Source: Eledone cirrhosa (lineage: Eukaryota). Taken from it: 64,000 bases of DNA. Shown here piece by piece: positions 11,801-24,734 of this stretch. A model generated the notes under the pieces. That model saw only the letters and a list, made by a program, of their open reading frames with translations. It did no database searches and had not been told where the DNA came from. Location of the stretch: assembly GCA_964016885.1 (NCBI GenBank), contig CAXHJY010000096.1, forward strand, positions 434,001-498,000, written 5' to 3'. Position numbers and translations under genes: made by a program. Position 1 is the stretch's first letter. Each line of letters begins with the position of its first letter.

Positions 11801-11984
11801 TGTAAAAAAAAATCAGGGGGAGATAATTTGTAAAAAAAATCAGGGGGAGATAATTTGTAAAAAAAATCAGGGGGAGATAATTTGTAAAAAAAATCAAGGG
11901 GAGATAATTTGCAGCCGTCCAAGGGGAGATAATTTTCAGCCGTCCAAGGAGAGGTAATTTCTAGCCGTCCAAGGGGAGATAATT

Positions 11985-14900
11985 TCCAGCCGTCCAAGGG
12001 GAGATAATTTCCAGCCGTCCAAGGGGAGATAATTTCCCGCCAGCCAAAGGAAGATAATTTTTTAAAAAATCAGGCGGAGATTGTAAAAAAAATCAGGGGG
12101 AGATAATTTGTAAAAAAAATCAGGGGGAGATAATTTGTAAAAAAAATCAGGGGGAGATAATTTGTAAAAAAAATCAGGGGGAGATAATTTGTAAAAAAAA
12201 ATCAGGGGGAGATAATTTGTAAAAAAAATCAGGGGGAGATAATTTGTAAAAAAAATCAGGGGGAGATAATTTGTAAAAAAAATCAAGGGGAGATAATTTG
12301 CAGCCGTCCAAGGGGAGATAATTTTCAGCCGTCCAAGGAGAGGTAATTTCTAGCCGTCCAAGGGGAGATAATTTCCAGCCGTCCAAGGGGAGATAATTTC
12401 AAGCCGTTCAAGGGGAGATAATTTTTTTAAAAAAATCAGGCGGAGATAATTTGTAAAAAAAAAATCAGGGGGAGATAATTTGTAAAAAAAAATCAGTGGG
12501 AGATAATTTGTAAAAAAAAATCAGGGGGAGATAATTTGTAAAAAAAAATCAGGGGGAGATAATTTGTAAAAAAATCAAGGGGAGATAATTTCCAGCCGGC
12601 CAAGGGGAGATAATTTTCAGCCGTCCAAGGAGAGGTAATTTCTAGCCGTCCAAGGGGAGATAATTTCCAGCCGTCCAAGGGGAGATAATTTCCAGCCGTC
12701 CAAGGGGAGATAATTTCCAGCCGTCCAAGGAGACATATTTTCCAGCCGTCCAAGGAGAGGTAATTTCTAGCCGTCCTAGGGGAGATAAATTCCTGCCTCC
12801 AAGGGGAGATAATTTCCAGCCAGCCAAGGGGAGATAATTTGTAAAAAAATCAGGGGGAGATAATTTGTAAAAAAAATCAGGGGGAGATAATTTGTAAAAA
12901 AAAATCAGGGGGAGATAATTTGTAAAAAAAAATCAGGGGAGATAATTTGTAAAAAAAATCAGGGGAAGATAATTTGTAAAAAAAATCAAGGGGAGATAAT
13001 TTCCAGCCGTCCAAGGGGAGATAATTTTCAGCCGTCCAAGGAGAGGTAATTTCTAGCCGTCCAAGGAGAGATAATTTCCAGCCGTCCAAGGGGAGATAAT
13101 TTCCAGCCGTCCAAGGGGAGATGATTTTTTAAAAAAAATCAGGCGGAGATAAGTTGTTAAAAAAAATCAGGGGGAGATAATTTGTAAAAAAAAATCAGGG
13201 GGAGATAATTTGTAAAAAAAAATTAGGGGGAGATAATTTGTAAAAAAAATCAAGGGGAGATAATTTCCAGCCGTCCAAGGGAAGATAATTTCCAGCCCTC
13301 CAAGGGGCTATAATTTCCAGCGTCCAAGGGGAGATAATTTCCAGCCAGCGAAGGGGAGATAATTTTTAAAAAAAAATCACTGGGATATTTGTAAAAAAAA
13401 TCAGGGGGAGATAATTTGTAAAAAAAATCAAGGGGAGATAATTTCCAGCCGTCCAAAGAGAGATAATTTCTAGCCGTCCAAGGGGAGATAATTTCCAGCC
13501 TTCCAAGGGGAGATAATTTTTTAAAAAATCAGGTGGAGATAATTTGTAAAAAAAATCAGTGGAAGATAATTTGTAAAAACAAAATCAAGGGCAGATAATT
13601 TCCAGCCGTCCAAGGGGAGATAATTTCCCGCCAGCCAAGGGAAGATAATATTTAAAAAAATCAGGCGGAGATAATTTGTAAAAAAAATCAGGGGGAGATA
13701 ATTTGTAAAAAAATCAGGGGGAGATAATTTGTAAAAGAAAAATCAGGGGGAGATAATTTGTAAAAAAAATCAGGGGGAGATAATTTGTAAAAAAAATCAG
13801 GGGTAGATAATTTGTAAAAAAAAATCAGGGGGAGATAATTTGTAAAAAAAAATCAGGGGGAGATAATTTGTAAAAAAAATCAAGGGGAGATAATTTGCAG
13901 CCGTCCAAGGGGAGATAATTTTCAGCCGTCCAAGGAGAGATAATTTCTAGCCGTCCAAGGGGAGATAATTTCCAGCCGTCCAAGGGGAGATAATTTCCAG
14001 CCGTCCAAGGGGAGATAATTTTTTTTAAAAAATCAAGCGGAGATAATTTGTAAAAAAAAAATCAGGGGGAGATAATTTGTAAAAAAAAATCAGGGGGAGA
14101 TAATTTGTAAAAAAAAATCAGGGGGAGATAATTTGTAAAAAAAAATCAAGGGGAGATAATTTCCAGCCGTCCAAGGGAAGATAATTTCCAGCCGTCCAAG
14201 GGAAGATAATTTCCAGCCCTTCAAGGGGCTATAATTTCCAGCGTCCAAGGGGAGATAATTTCCAGCCAGCGAAGGGGAGATAATTTTTTTTTTAAAAATC
14301 AGGGGGAGATAATTTGTAAAAAAAATCAGGGGGAGATAATTTGTAAAAAAAAATCAGGGGGAGATAATTTGTAAAAAAAAATCAGGGGGAGATAATTTGT
14401 AAAAAAAATCAAGGGGAGATAATTTCAAGCCGTGCAAGGGGAGATAATTTCCAGCCGTCCAAGGGGAGATAATTTACATCCTTCCAAGGGGAGATAATTT
14501 CCCGCCAGCCAAGGGAAGATAATTTTTAAAAAAATCAGGGGGAGATAATTTGTAAAAAAAAAATCAGGGGGAGATAATTTGTAAAAAAAAATCAAGGGGA
14601 GATAATTTGTAAAAAAAATCAGGGGGAGATAATTTGTAAAAAAAAAATCAGGGGGAGATAATTTGTAAAAAAAAATCAAGGGGAGATAATTTGTAAAAAA
14701 AATCAGGGGGAGATAATTTGTAAAAAAAATCAGGGGGAGATAATTTGTAAAAAAATCAGGGGGAGATAATTTGTAAAAAAAAAATCAGGGGGAGATAATT
14801 TGTAAAAAAAATCAAGGGGAGATAATTTGTAAAAAAAAATCAGGGGGAGATAATTTGTAAAAAAAAATCAGGGGGAGATAATTTGTAAAAAAAATCAAGG

Positions 14901-17900
14901 GGAGATAATTTGCAGCCGTCCAAGGGGAGATAATTTTCAGCCGTCCAAGGAGAGATAATTTCTAGCCGTCCAAGGGGAGATAATTTCCAGCCGTCCAAGG
15001 GGAGATAATTTCCAGCCGTCCAAGGGGAGATAATTTTTTTTAAAAAATCAAGCGGAGATAATTTGTAAAAAAAAAATCAGGGGGAGATAATTTGTAAAAA
15101 AAAATCAGGGGGAGATAATTTGTAAAAAAAAATCAGGGGGAGATAATTTGTAAAAAAAATCAAGGGGAGATAATTTCCAGCCGTCCAAGGGAAGATAATT
15201 TCCAGCCGTCCAAGGGAAGATAATTTCCAGCCCTCCAAGGGGCTATAATTTCCAGCGTCCAAGGGGAGATAATTTCCAGCCAGCGAAGGGGAGATAATTT
15301 TTTTTTTTTAAATCAGGGGGAGATAATTTGTAAAAAAAATCAGGGGGAGATAATTTGTAAAAAAAAATCAGGGGGAGATAATTTGTAAAAAAAAATCAGG
15401 GGGAGATAATTTGTAAAAAAAATCAAAGGGAGATAATTTCCAGCCGTGCAAGGGGAGATAATTTCCAGCCGTCCAAGGGGAGATAATTTACATCCTTCCA
15501 AGGGGAGATAATTTCCAGCCGTCCAAGGGGAGATAATTTCCCGCCAGCCAAGGGAAGATAATTTTTAAAAAAATCAGGGGGAGATAATTTGTAAAAAATA
15601 AAAAAATCAAGGGGAGATAATTTGTAAAAAAAATCAGGGGGAGATAATTTGTAAAAAAAATCAGGGGGAGATAATTTGTAAAAAAATCAGGGGGAGATAA
15701 TTTGTAAAAAAAAAATCAGGGGGAGATAATTTGTAAAAAAAAATCAAGGGGAGATAATTTGTAAAAAAAAATCAGGGGGAGATAATTTGTAAAAAAAATC
15801 AGGGGGAGATAATTTGTAAAAAAATCAGGGGGAGATAATTTGTAAAAAAAAATCAGGGGGAGATAATTTGTAAAAAAAAATCAGGGGGAGATAATTTGTA
15901 AAAAAAATCAGGGGGAGATAATTTGTAAAAAAAATCAGGGGGAGATAATTTGTAAAAAAAATCAAGGGGAGATAATTTGCAGCCGTCCAAGGGGAGATAA
16001 TTTTCAGCCGTCCAAGGAGAGGTAATTTCTAGCCGTCCAAGGGGAGATAATTTCCAGCCGTCCAAGGGGAGATAATTTCCAGCCGTCCAAGGGGAGATAA
16101 TTTTTTTTTAAAAATCAGGCGGAGATAATTTGTAAAAAAAAAAATCAGGGGGAGATAATTTGTAAAAAAAAATCAGGGGGAGATAATTTGTAAAAAAAAA
16201 TCAGGGGGAGATAATTTGTAAAAAAAATCAAGGGGAGATAATTTCCAGCCGTCCAAGGGAAGATAATTTCCAGCCCTCCAAGGGGCTATAATTTCCAGCG
16301 TCCAAGGGGAGATAATTTCCAGCCAGCGAAGGGGAGATAATTTTTTTTAAAAAAATCATGCGGGGATAATTTGTAAAAAAAATCAGGGGGAGATAATTTG
16401 TAAAAAAAATCAAGGGGAGATAATTTCCAGCCGTCCAAAGAGAGATAATTTCTAGCCGTCCAAGGGGAGATAATTTCCAGCCGTCCAAGGGGAGATAATT
16501 TCCCGCCAGCCAAGGGAAGATAATTTTTTAAAAAATCAGGCGGAGATTGTAAAAAAAATCAGGGGGAGATAATTTGTAAAAAAATCAGGGGGAGATAATT
16601 TGTAAAAAAAAAATCAGGGGGAGATAATTTGTAAAAAAAAATCAGAGGGAGGTAATTTGTAAAAAAAAATCAGGGGGAGATAATTTGTAAAAAAAATCAG
16701 GGGTAGATAATTTGTAAAAAAAATCAGGGGGAGATAATTTGTAAAAAAAAATCAGGGGGAGATAATTTGTAAAAAAAATCAAGGGGAGATAATTTCCAGC
16801 CGTCCAAGGGAAGATAATTTCCAGCCGTCCAAGGGAAGATAATTTCCAGCCCTCCAAGGGGCTATAATTTCCAGCGTCCAAGGGGAGATAATTTCCAGCC
16901 AGCGAAGGGGAGATAATTTTTTTTTTAAAAATCAGGGGTAGATAATTTGTAAAAAAAATCAGGGGGAGATAATTTGTAAAAAAAAATCAGGGGGAGATAA
17001 TTTGTAAAAAAAATCAAGGGGAGATAATTTCCAGCCGTGCAAGGGGAGATAATTTCCAGCCGTCCAAGGGGAGATAATTTACATCCTTCCAAGGGGAGAT
17101 AATTTCCAGCCGTCCAAGGGGAGATAATTTCCCGCCAGCCAAGGGAAGATAATTTTTAAAAAAATCAGGGGGAGATAATTTGTAAAAAAAAAATCAGGGG
17201 GAGATAATTTGTAAAAAAAAATCAAGGGGAGATAATTTGTAAAAAAAATCAGGGGGAGATAATTTGTAAAAAAAATCAGGGGGAGATAATTTGTAAAAAA
17301 ATCAGGGGGAGATAATTTGTAAAAAAAAAATCAGGGGGAGATAATTTGTAAAAAAAAATCAAGGGGAGATAATTTGTAAAAAAAAATCAGGGGGAGATAA
17401 TTTGTAAAAAAAATCAGGGGGAGATAATTTGTAAAAAAAATCAGGGGGAGATAATTTGTAAAAAAAAATCAGGGGGAGATAATTTGTAAAAAAAAATCAG
17501 GGGGAGATAATTTGTAAAAAAAAATCAGGGGGAGATAATTTGTAAAAAAAATCAGGGGGAGATAATTTGTAAAAAAAATCAGGGGGAGATAATTTGTAAA
17601 AAAAATCAAGGGGAGATAATTTGCAGCCGTCCAAGGGGAGATAATTTTCAGCCGTCCAAGGAGAGGTAATTTCTAGCCGTCCAAGGGGAGATAATTTCCA
17701 GCCGTCCAAGGGGAGATAATTTCCAGCCGTCCAAGGGGAGATAATTTTTTTTTAAAAATCAGGCGGAGATAATTTGTAAAAAAAAAAATCAGGGGGAGAT
17801 AATTTGTAAAAAAAAATCAGGGGGAGATAATTTGTAAAAAAAAATCAGGGGGAGATAATTTGTAAAAAAAATTAAGGGGAGATAATTTTCAGCCGTCCAA

Positions 17901-19055
17901 GGGAAGATAATTTCCAGCCCTCCAAGGGGCTATAATTTCCAGCGTCCAAGGGGAGATAATTTCCAGCCAGCGAAGGGGAGATAATTTTTTTTTTTAAAAT
18001 CATGCGGGGATAATTTGTAAAAAAAATCAGGGGGAGATAATTTGTAAAAAAAATCAAGGGGAGATAATTTCCAGCCGTCCAAAGAGATATAATTTCTAGC
18101 CGTCCAAGGGGAGATAATTTCCAGCCGTCCAAGGGGAGATAATTTCCCGCCAGCCAAAGGAAGATAATTTTTTAAAAAATCAGGCGGAGATTGTAAAAAA
18201 AATCAGGGGGAGATAATTTGTAAAAAAAATCAGGGGGAGATAATTTGTAAAAAAAATCAGGGGGAGATAATTTGTAAAAAAAATCAGGGGGAGATAATTT
18301 GTAAAAAAAAATCAGGGGGAGATAATTTGTAAAAAAAATCAGGGGGAGATAATTTGTAAAAAAAATCAGGGGGAGATAATTTGTAAAAAAAATCAAGGGG
18401 AGATAATTTGCAGCCGTCCAAGGGGAGATAATTTTCAGCCGTCCAAGGAGAGGTAATTTCTAGCCGTCCAAGGCGAGATAATTTCCAGCCGTCCAAGGGG
18501 AGATAATTTCCAGCCGTCCAAGGGGAGATAATTTTTTTAAAAAAATCAGGCGGAGATAATTTGTAAAAAAAAAATCAGGGGGAGATAATTTGTAAAAAAA
18601 AATCAGTGGGAGATAATTTGTAAAAAAAAATCAGGGGGAGATAATTTGTAAAAAAAATCAAGGGGAGATAATTTCCAGCCGTCCAAGGGAAGATAATTTC
18701 CAGCCCTCCAAGGGGCTATAATTTCCAGCGTCCAAGGGGAGATAATTTCCAGCCAGCGAAGGGGAGATAATTTTTTTTTAAAAAATCATGGGGGGATAAT
18801 TTGTAAAAAAAAATCAGGGGGAGATAATTTGTAAAAAAAAATCAGGGGAGATAATTTGTAAAAAAAATCAGGGGGAGATAATTTGTAAAAAAAAATCAGG
18901 GGAAGATAATTTGTAAAAAAAATCAAGCGGAGATAATTTGCAGCCGTCCAAGGGGAGATAATTTCCCGCCAGCCAAGGAGAGATAATATTTAAAAAAATC
19001 AGGCGGAGATAATTTGTAAAAAAAATCAGGGGGAGATAATTTGTAAAAAAAATCA
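11985..19055 (+). repeat. Segmental duplication of ~1960-9000 (offset 10024-10054)
   Basis: ORF pairs 2038/12062, 2469/12493, 3226/13250, 4400/14425, 5828/15853, 7473/17497 and 8230/18284. Both copies share rare variants such as the fused GTAAAAAATAAAAAAATC unit at ~5567 and ~15592. Ends are approximate. Confidence 0.9.
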
Positions 19056-20845
19056 GGGGGAGATAATTTGTAAAAAAATCAGGGGGAGATAATTTGTAAA
19101 AAAAAAATCAGGGGGAGATAATTTGTAAAAAAAAATCAAGGGGAGATAATTTGTAAAAAAAAATCAGGGGGAGATAATTTGTAAAAAAAATCAGGGGGAG
19201 ATAATTTGTAAAAAAAATCAGGGGGAGATAATTTGTAAAAAAAAATCAGGGGGAGATAATTTGTAAAAAAAAATCAGGGGGAGATAATTTGTAAAAAAAA
19301 ATCAGGGGGAGATAATTTGTAAAAAAAATCAGGGGGAGATAATTTGTAAAAAAAATCAGGGGGAGATAATTTGTAAAAAAAATCAAGGGGAGATAATTTG
19401 CAGCCGTCCAAGGGGAGATAATTTTCAGCCGTCCAAGGAGAGGTAATTTCTAGCCGTCCAAGGGGAGATAATTTCCAGCCGTCCAAGGGGAGATAATTTC
19501 CAGCCGTCCAAGGGGAGATAATTTTTTTTTAAAAATCAGGCGGAGATAATTTGTAAAAAAAAAAATCAGGGGGAGATAATTTGTAAAAAAAAATCAGGGG
19601 GAGATAATTTGTAAAAAAAAATCAGGGGGAGATAATTTGTAAAAAAAATTAAGGGGAGATAATTTTCAGCCGTCCAAGGGAAGATAATTTCCAGCCCTCC
19701 AAGGGGCTATAATTTCCAGCGTCCAAGGGGAGATAATTTCCAGCCAGCGAAGGGGAGATAATTTTTTTTTTTAAAATCATGCGGGGATAATTTGTAAAAA
19801 AAATCAGGGGGAGATAATTTGTAAAAAAAATCAAGGGGAGATAATTTCCAGCCGTCCAAAGAGAGATAATTTCTAGCCGTCCAAGGGGAGATAATTTCCA
19901 GCCGTCCAAGGGGAGATAATTTCCCGCCAGCCAAAGGAAGATAATTTTTTAAAAAATCAGGCGGAGATTGTAAAAAAAATCAGGGGGAGATAATTTGTAA
20001 AAAAAATCAGGGGGAGATAATTTGTAAAAAAAATCAGGGGGAGATAATTTGTAAAAAAAATCAGGGGGAGATAATTTGTAAAAAAAAATCAGGGGGAGAT
20101 AATTTGTAAAAAAAATCAGGGGGAGATAATTTGTAAAAAAAATCAGGGGGAGATAATTTGTAAAAAAAATCAAGGGGAGATAATTTGCAGCCGTCCAAGG
20201 GGAGATAATTTTCAGCCGTCCAAGGAGAGGTAATTTCTAGCCGTCCAAGGCGAGATAATTTCCAGCCGTCCAAGGGGAGATAATTTCCAGCCGTCCAAGG
20301 GGAGATAATTTTTTTAAAAAAATCAGGCGGAGATAATTTGTAAAAAAAAAATCAGGGGGAGATAATTTGTAAAAAAAAATCAGTGGGAGATAATTTGTAA
20401 AAAAAAATCAGGGGGAGATAATTTGTAAAAAAAATCAAGGGGAGATAATTTCCAGCCGTCCAAGGGAAGATAATTTCCAGCCCTCCAAGGGGCTATAATT
20501 TCCAGCGTCCAAGGGGAGATAATTTCCAGCCAGCGAAGGGGAGATAATTTTTTTTTAAAAAATCATGGGGGGATAATTTGTAAAAAAAAATCAGGGGGAG
20601 ATAATTTGTAAAAAAAAATCAGGGGAGATAATTTGTAAAAAAAATCAGGGGGAGATAATTTGTAAAAAAAAATCAGGGGAAGATAATTTGTAAAAAAAAT
20701 CAAGCGGAGATAATTTGCAGCCGTCCAAGGGGAGATAATTTCCCGCCAGCCAAGGAGAGATAATATTTAAAAAAATCAGGCGGAGATAATTTGTAAAAAA
20801 AATCAGGGGGAGATAATTTGTAAAAAAAATCAGGGGGAGATAATT
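17290..20845 (+). repeat. Tandem 1777-bp duplication (two copies)
   Basis: ORF pairs 17497/19274, 17872/19649, 18172/19949 and 18284/20061 all differ by 1777. The breakpoint lies in type A units near 19030-19070. Confidence 0.9.
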
Positions 20846-23800
20846 TCCAGCCGTCCAAGGGGAGATAATTTTCAGCCGTCCAAGGAGAGGTAATTTCTAG
20901 CCGTCCAAGGGGAGATAATTTCCAGCCGTCCAAGGGAAGATAATTTCCAGCCCTCCAAGGGGCTATAATTTCCAGCGTCCAAGGGGAGATAATTTCCAGC
21001 CAGCGAAGGGGAGATAATTTTTTTTTTAAAAATCAGGGGGAGATAATTTGTAAAAAAAATCAGGGGGAGATAATTTGTAAAAAAAAATCAGGGGGAGATA
21101 ATTTGTAAAAAAAAATCAGGGGGAGATAATTTGTAAAAAAAATCAAGGGGAGATAATTTCCAGCCGTGCAAGGGGAGATAATTTCCAGCCGTCCAAGGGG
21201 AGATAATTTACATCCTTCCAAGGGGAGATAATTTCCAGCCGTCCAAGGGGAGATAATTTCCCGCCAGCCAAGGGAAGATAATTTTTAAAAAATCAGGGGG
21301 AGATAATTTGTAAAAAAAAAATCAGGGGGAGATAATTTGTAAAAAAAAATCAAGGGGAGATAATTTGTAAAAAAAATCAGGGGGAGATAATTTGTAAAAA
21401 AAATCAGGGGGAGATAATTTGTAAAAAAATCAGGGGGAGATAATTTGTAAAAAAAAATCAGGGGGAGATAATTTGTAAAAAAAAATCAAGGGGAGATAAT
21501 TTGTAAAAAAAAATCAGGGGGAGATAATTTGTAAAAAAAAATCAGGGGGAGATAATTTGTAAAAAAAATCAAGGGGAGATAATTTGCAGCCGTCGAAGGG
21601 GAGATAATTTTCAGCCGTCCAAGGAGAGATAATTTCTAGCCGTCCAAGGGGAGATAATTTCCAGCCGTCCAAGGGGAGATAATTTCCAGCCGTCCAAGGG
21701 GAGATAATTTTTTTTAAAAAATCAAGCGGAGATAATTTGTAAAAAAAAAATCAGGGGGAGATAATTTGTAAAAAAAAATCAGGGGGAGATAATTTGTAAA
21801 AAAAAATCAGGGGGAGATAATTTGTAAAAAAAATCAAGGGGAGATAATTTCCAGCCGTCCAAGGGAAGATAATTTCCAGCCGTCCAAGGGAAGATAATTT
21901 CCAGCCCTCCAAGGGGCTATAATTTCCAGCGTCCAAGGGGAGATAATTTCCAGCCAGCGAAGGGGAGATAATTTTTTTTTATAAAATCAGGGGGAGATAA
22001 TTTGTAAAAAAAATCAGGGGGAGATAATTTGTAAAAAAAAATCAGGGGGAGATAATTTGTAAAAAAAAATCAGGGGGAGATAATTTGTAAAAAAAATCAA
22101 GGGGAGATTATTTCCAGCCGTGCAAGGGGAGATAATTTCCAGCCGTCCAAGGGGAGATAATTTACATCCTTCCAAGGGGAGATAATTTCCAGCCGTCCAA
22201 GGGGAGATAATTTCCCGCCAGCCAAGGGAAGATAATTTTTAAAAAAATCAGGGGGAGATAATTTGTAAAAAAAAAATCAGGGGGAGATAATTTGTAAAAA
22301 AAAATCAAGGGGAGATAATTTGTAAAAAAAATCAGGGGGAGATAATTTGTAAAAAAATCAGGGGGAGATAATTTGTAAAAAAAAAATCAGGGGGAGATAA
22401 TTTGTAAAAAAAAATCAAGGGGAGATAATTTGTAAAAAAAAATCAGGGGGAGATAATTTGTAAAAAAAATCAGGGGGAGATAATTTGTAAAAAAAATCAG
22501 GGGGAGATAATTTGTAAAAAAAAAATCAGGGGGAGATAATTTGTAAAAAAAAATCAGGGGGAGATAATTTGTAAAAAAAATCAGGGGGAGATAATTTGTA
22601 AAAAAAATCAGGGGGAGATAATTTGTAAAAAAAAATCAGGGGGAGATAATTTGTAAAAAAAATCAAGGGGAGATAATTTGCAGCCGTCCAAGGGGAGATA
22701 ATTTTCAGCCGTCCAAGGAGAGATAATTTCTAGCCGTCCAAGGGGAGATAATTTCCAGCCGTCCAAGGGGAGATAATTTCCAGCCGTCCAAGGGGAGATA
22801 ATTTTTTTTAAAAAATCAAGCGGAGATAATTTGTAAAAAAAAAATCAGGGGGAGATAATTTGTAAAAAAAATCAAGGGGAGATAATTTCCAGCCGTCCAA
22901 GGGAAGATAATTTCCAGCCGTCCAAGGGAAGATAATTTCCAGCCCTCCAAGGGGCTATAATTTCCAGCGTCCAAGGGGAGATAATTTCCAGCCAGCGAAG
23001 GGGAGATAATTTTTTTTTTTTAAATCAGGGGGAGATAATTTGTAAAAAAAATCAGGGGGAGATAATTTGTAAAAAAAAATCAGGGGGAGATAATTTGTAA
23101 AAAAAAATCAGGGGGAGATAATTTGTAAAAAAAATCAAGGGGAGATAATTTCCAGCCGTGCAAGGGGAGATAATTTCCAGCCGTCCAAGGGGAGATAATT
23201 TACATCCTTCCAAGAGGAGATAATTTCCAGCCGTCCAAGGGGAGATAATTTCCCGCCAGCCAAGGGGAGATAATTTCCCGCCAGCCAAGGGAAGAAAATT
23301 TTTAAAAAAATCAGGGGGAGATAATTTGTAAAAAAAAAATCAGGGGGAGATAATTTGTAAAAAAAAATCAAGGGGAGATAATTTGTAAAAAAAATCAGGG
23401 GGAGATAATTTGTAAAAAAAATCAGGGGGAGATAATTTGTAAAAAAATCAGGGAGAGATAATTTGTAAAAAAAAAATCAGGGGGAGATAATTTGTAAAAA
23501 AAAATCAAGGGGAGATAATTTGTAAAAAAAAATCAGGGGGAGATAATTTGTAAAAAAAATCAGGGGGAGATAATTTGTAAAAAAATCAGGGGGAGATAAT
23601 TTGTAAAAAAAAATCAGGGGGAGATAATTTGTAAAAAAAAATCAGGGGGAGATAATTTGTAAAAAAAATCAGGGGGAGATAATTTGTAAAAAAAATCAGG
23701 GGGAGATAATTTGTAAAAAAAATCAAGGGGAGATAATTTGCAGCCGTCCAAGGGGAGATAATTTTCAGCCGTCCAAGGAGAGGTAATTTCTAGCCGTCCA

Positions 23801-24734
23801 AGGGGAGATAATTTCCAGCCGTCCAAGGGGAGATAATTTCCAGCCGTCCAAGGGGAGATAATTTTTTTTTAAAAATCAGGCGGAGATAATTTGTAAAAAA
23901 AAAAATCAGGGGGAGATAATTTGTAAAAAAAAATCAGGGGGAGATAATTTGTAAAAAAAAATCAGGGGGAGATAATTTGTAAAAAAAATCAAGGGGAGAT
24001 AATTTCCAGCCGTCCAAGGGAAGATAATTTCCAGCCCTCCAAGGGGCTATAATTTCCAGCGTCCAAGGGGAGATAATTTCCAGCCAGCGAAGGGGAGATA
24101 ATTTTTTTTTAAAAAATCATGCGGGGATAATTTGTAAAAAAAATCAGGGGGAGATAATTTGTAAAAAAAATCAAGGGGAGATAATTTCCAGCCGTCCAAA
24201 GAGAGATAATTTCTAGCCGTCCAAGGGGAGATAATTTCCAGCCGTCCAAGGGGAGATAATTTCCCGCCAGCCAAGGGAAGATAATTTTTTAAAAAATCAG
24301 GCGGAGATTGTAAAAAAAATCAGGGGGAGATAATTTGTAAAAAAATCGGGGAGATAATTTGTAAAAAAAAAATCAGGGGGAGATAATTTGTAAAAAAAAA
24401 TCAGAGGGAGATAATTTGTAAAAAAAAATCAGGGGGAGATAATTTGTAAAAAAAATCAGGGGTAGATAATTTGTAAAAAAAATCAGGGGGAGATAATTTG
24501 TAAAAAAAAATCAGGGGGAGATAATTTGTAAAAAAAATCAAGGGGAGATAATTTCCAGCCGTCCAAGGGAAGATAATTTCCAGCCGTCCAAGGGAAGATA
24601 ATTTCCAGCCCTCCAAGGGGCTATAATTTCCAGCGTCCAAGGGGAGATAATTTCCAGCCAGCGAAGGGGAGATAATTTTTTTTTTAAAAATCAGGGGGAG
24701 ATAATTTGTAAAAAAAATCAGGGGGAGATAATTT

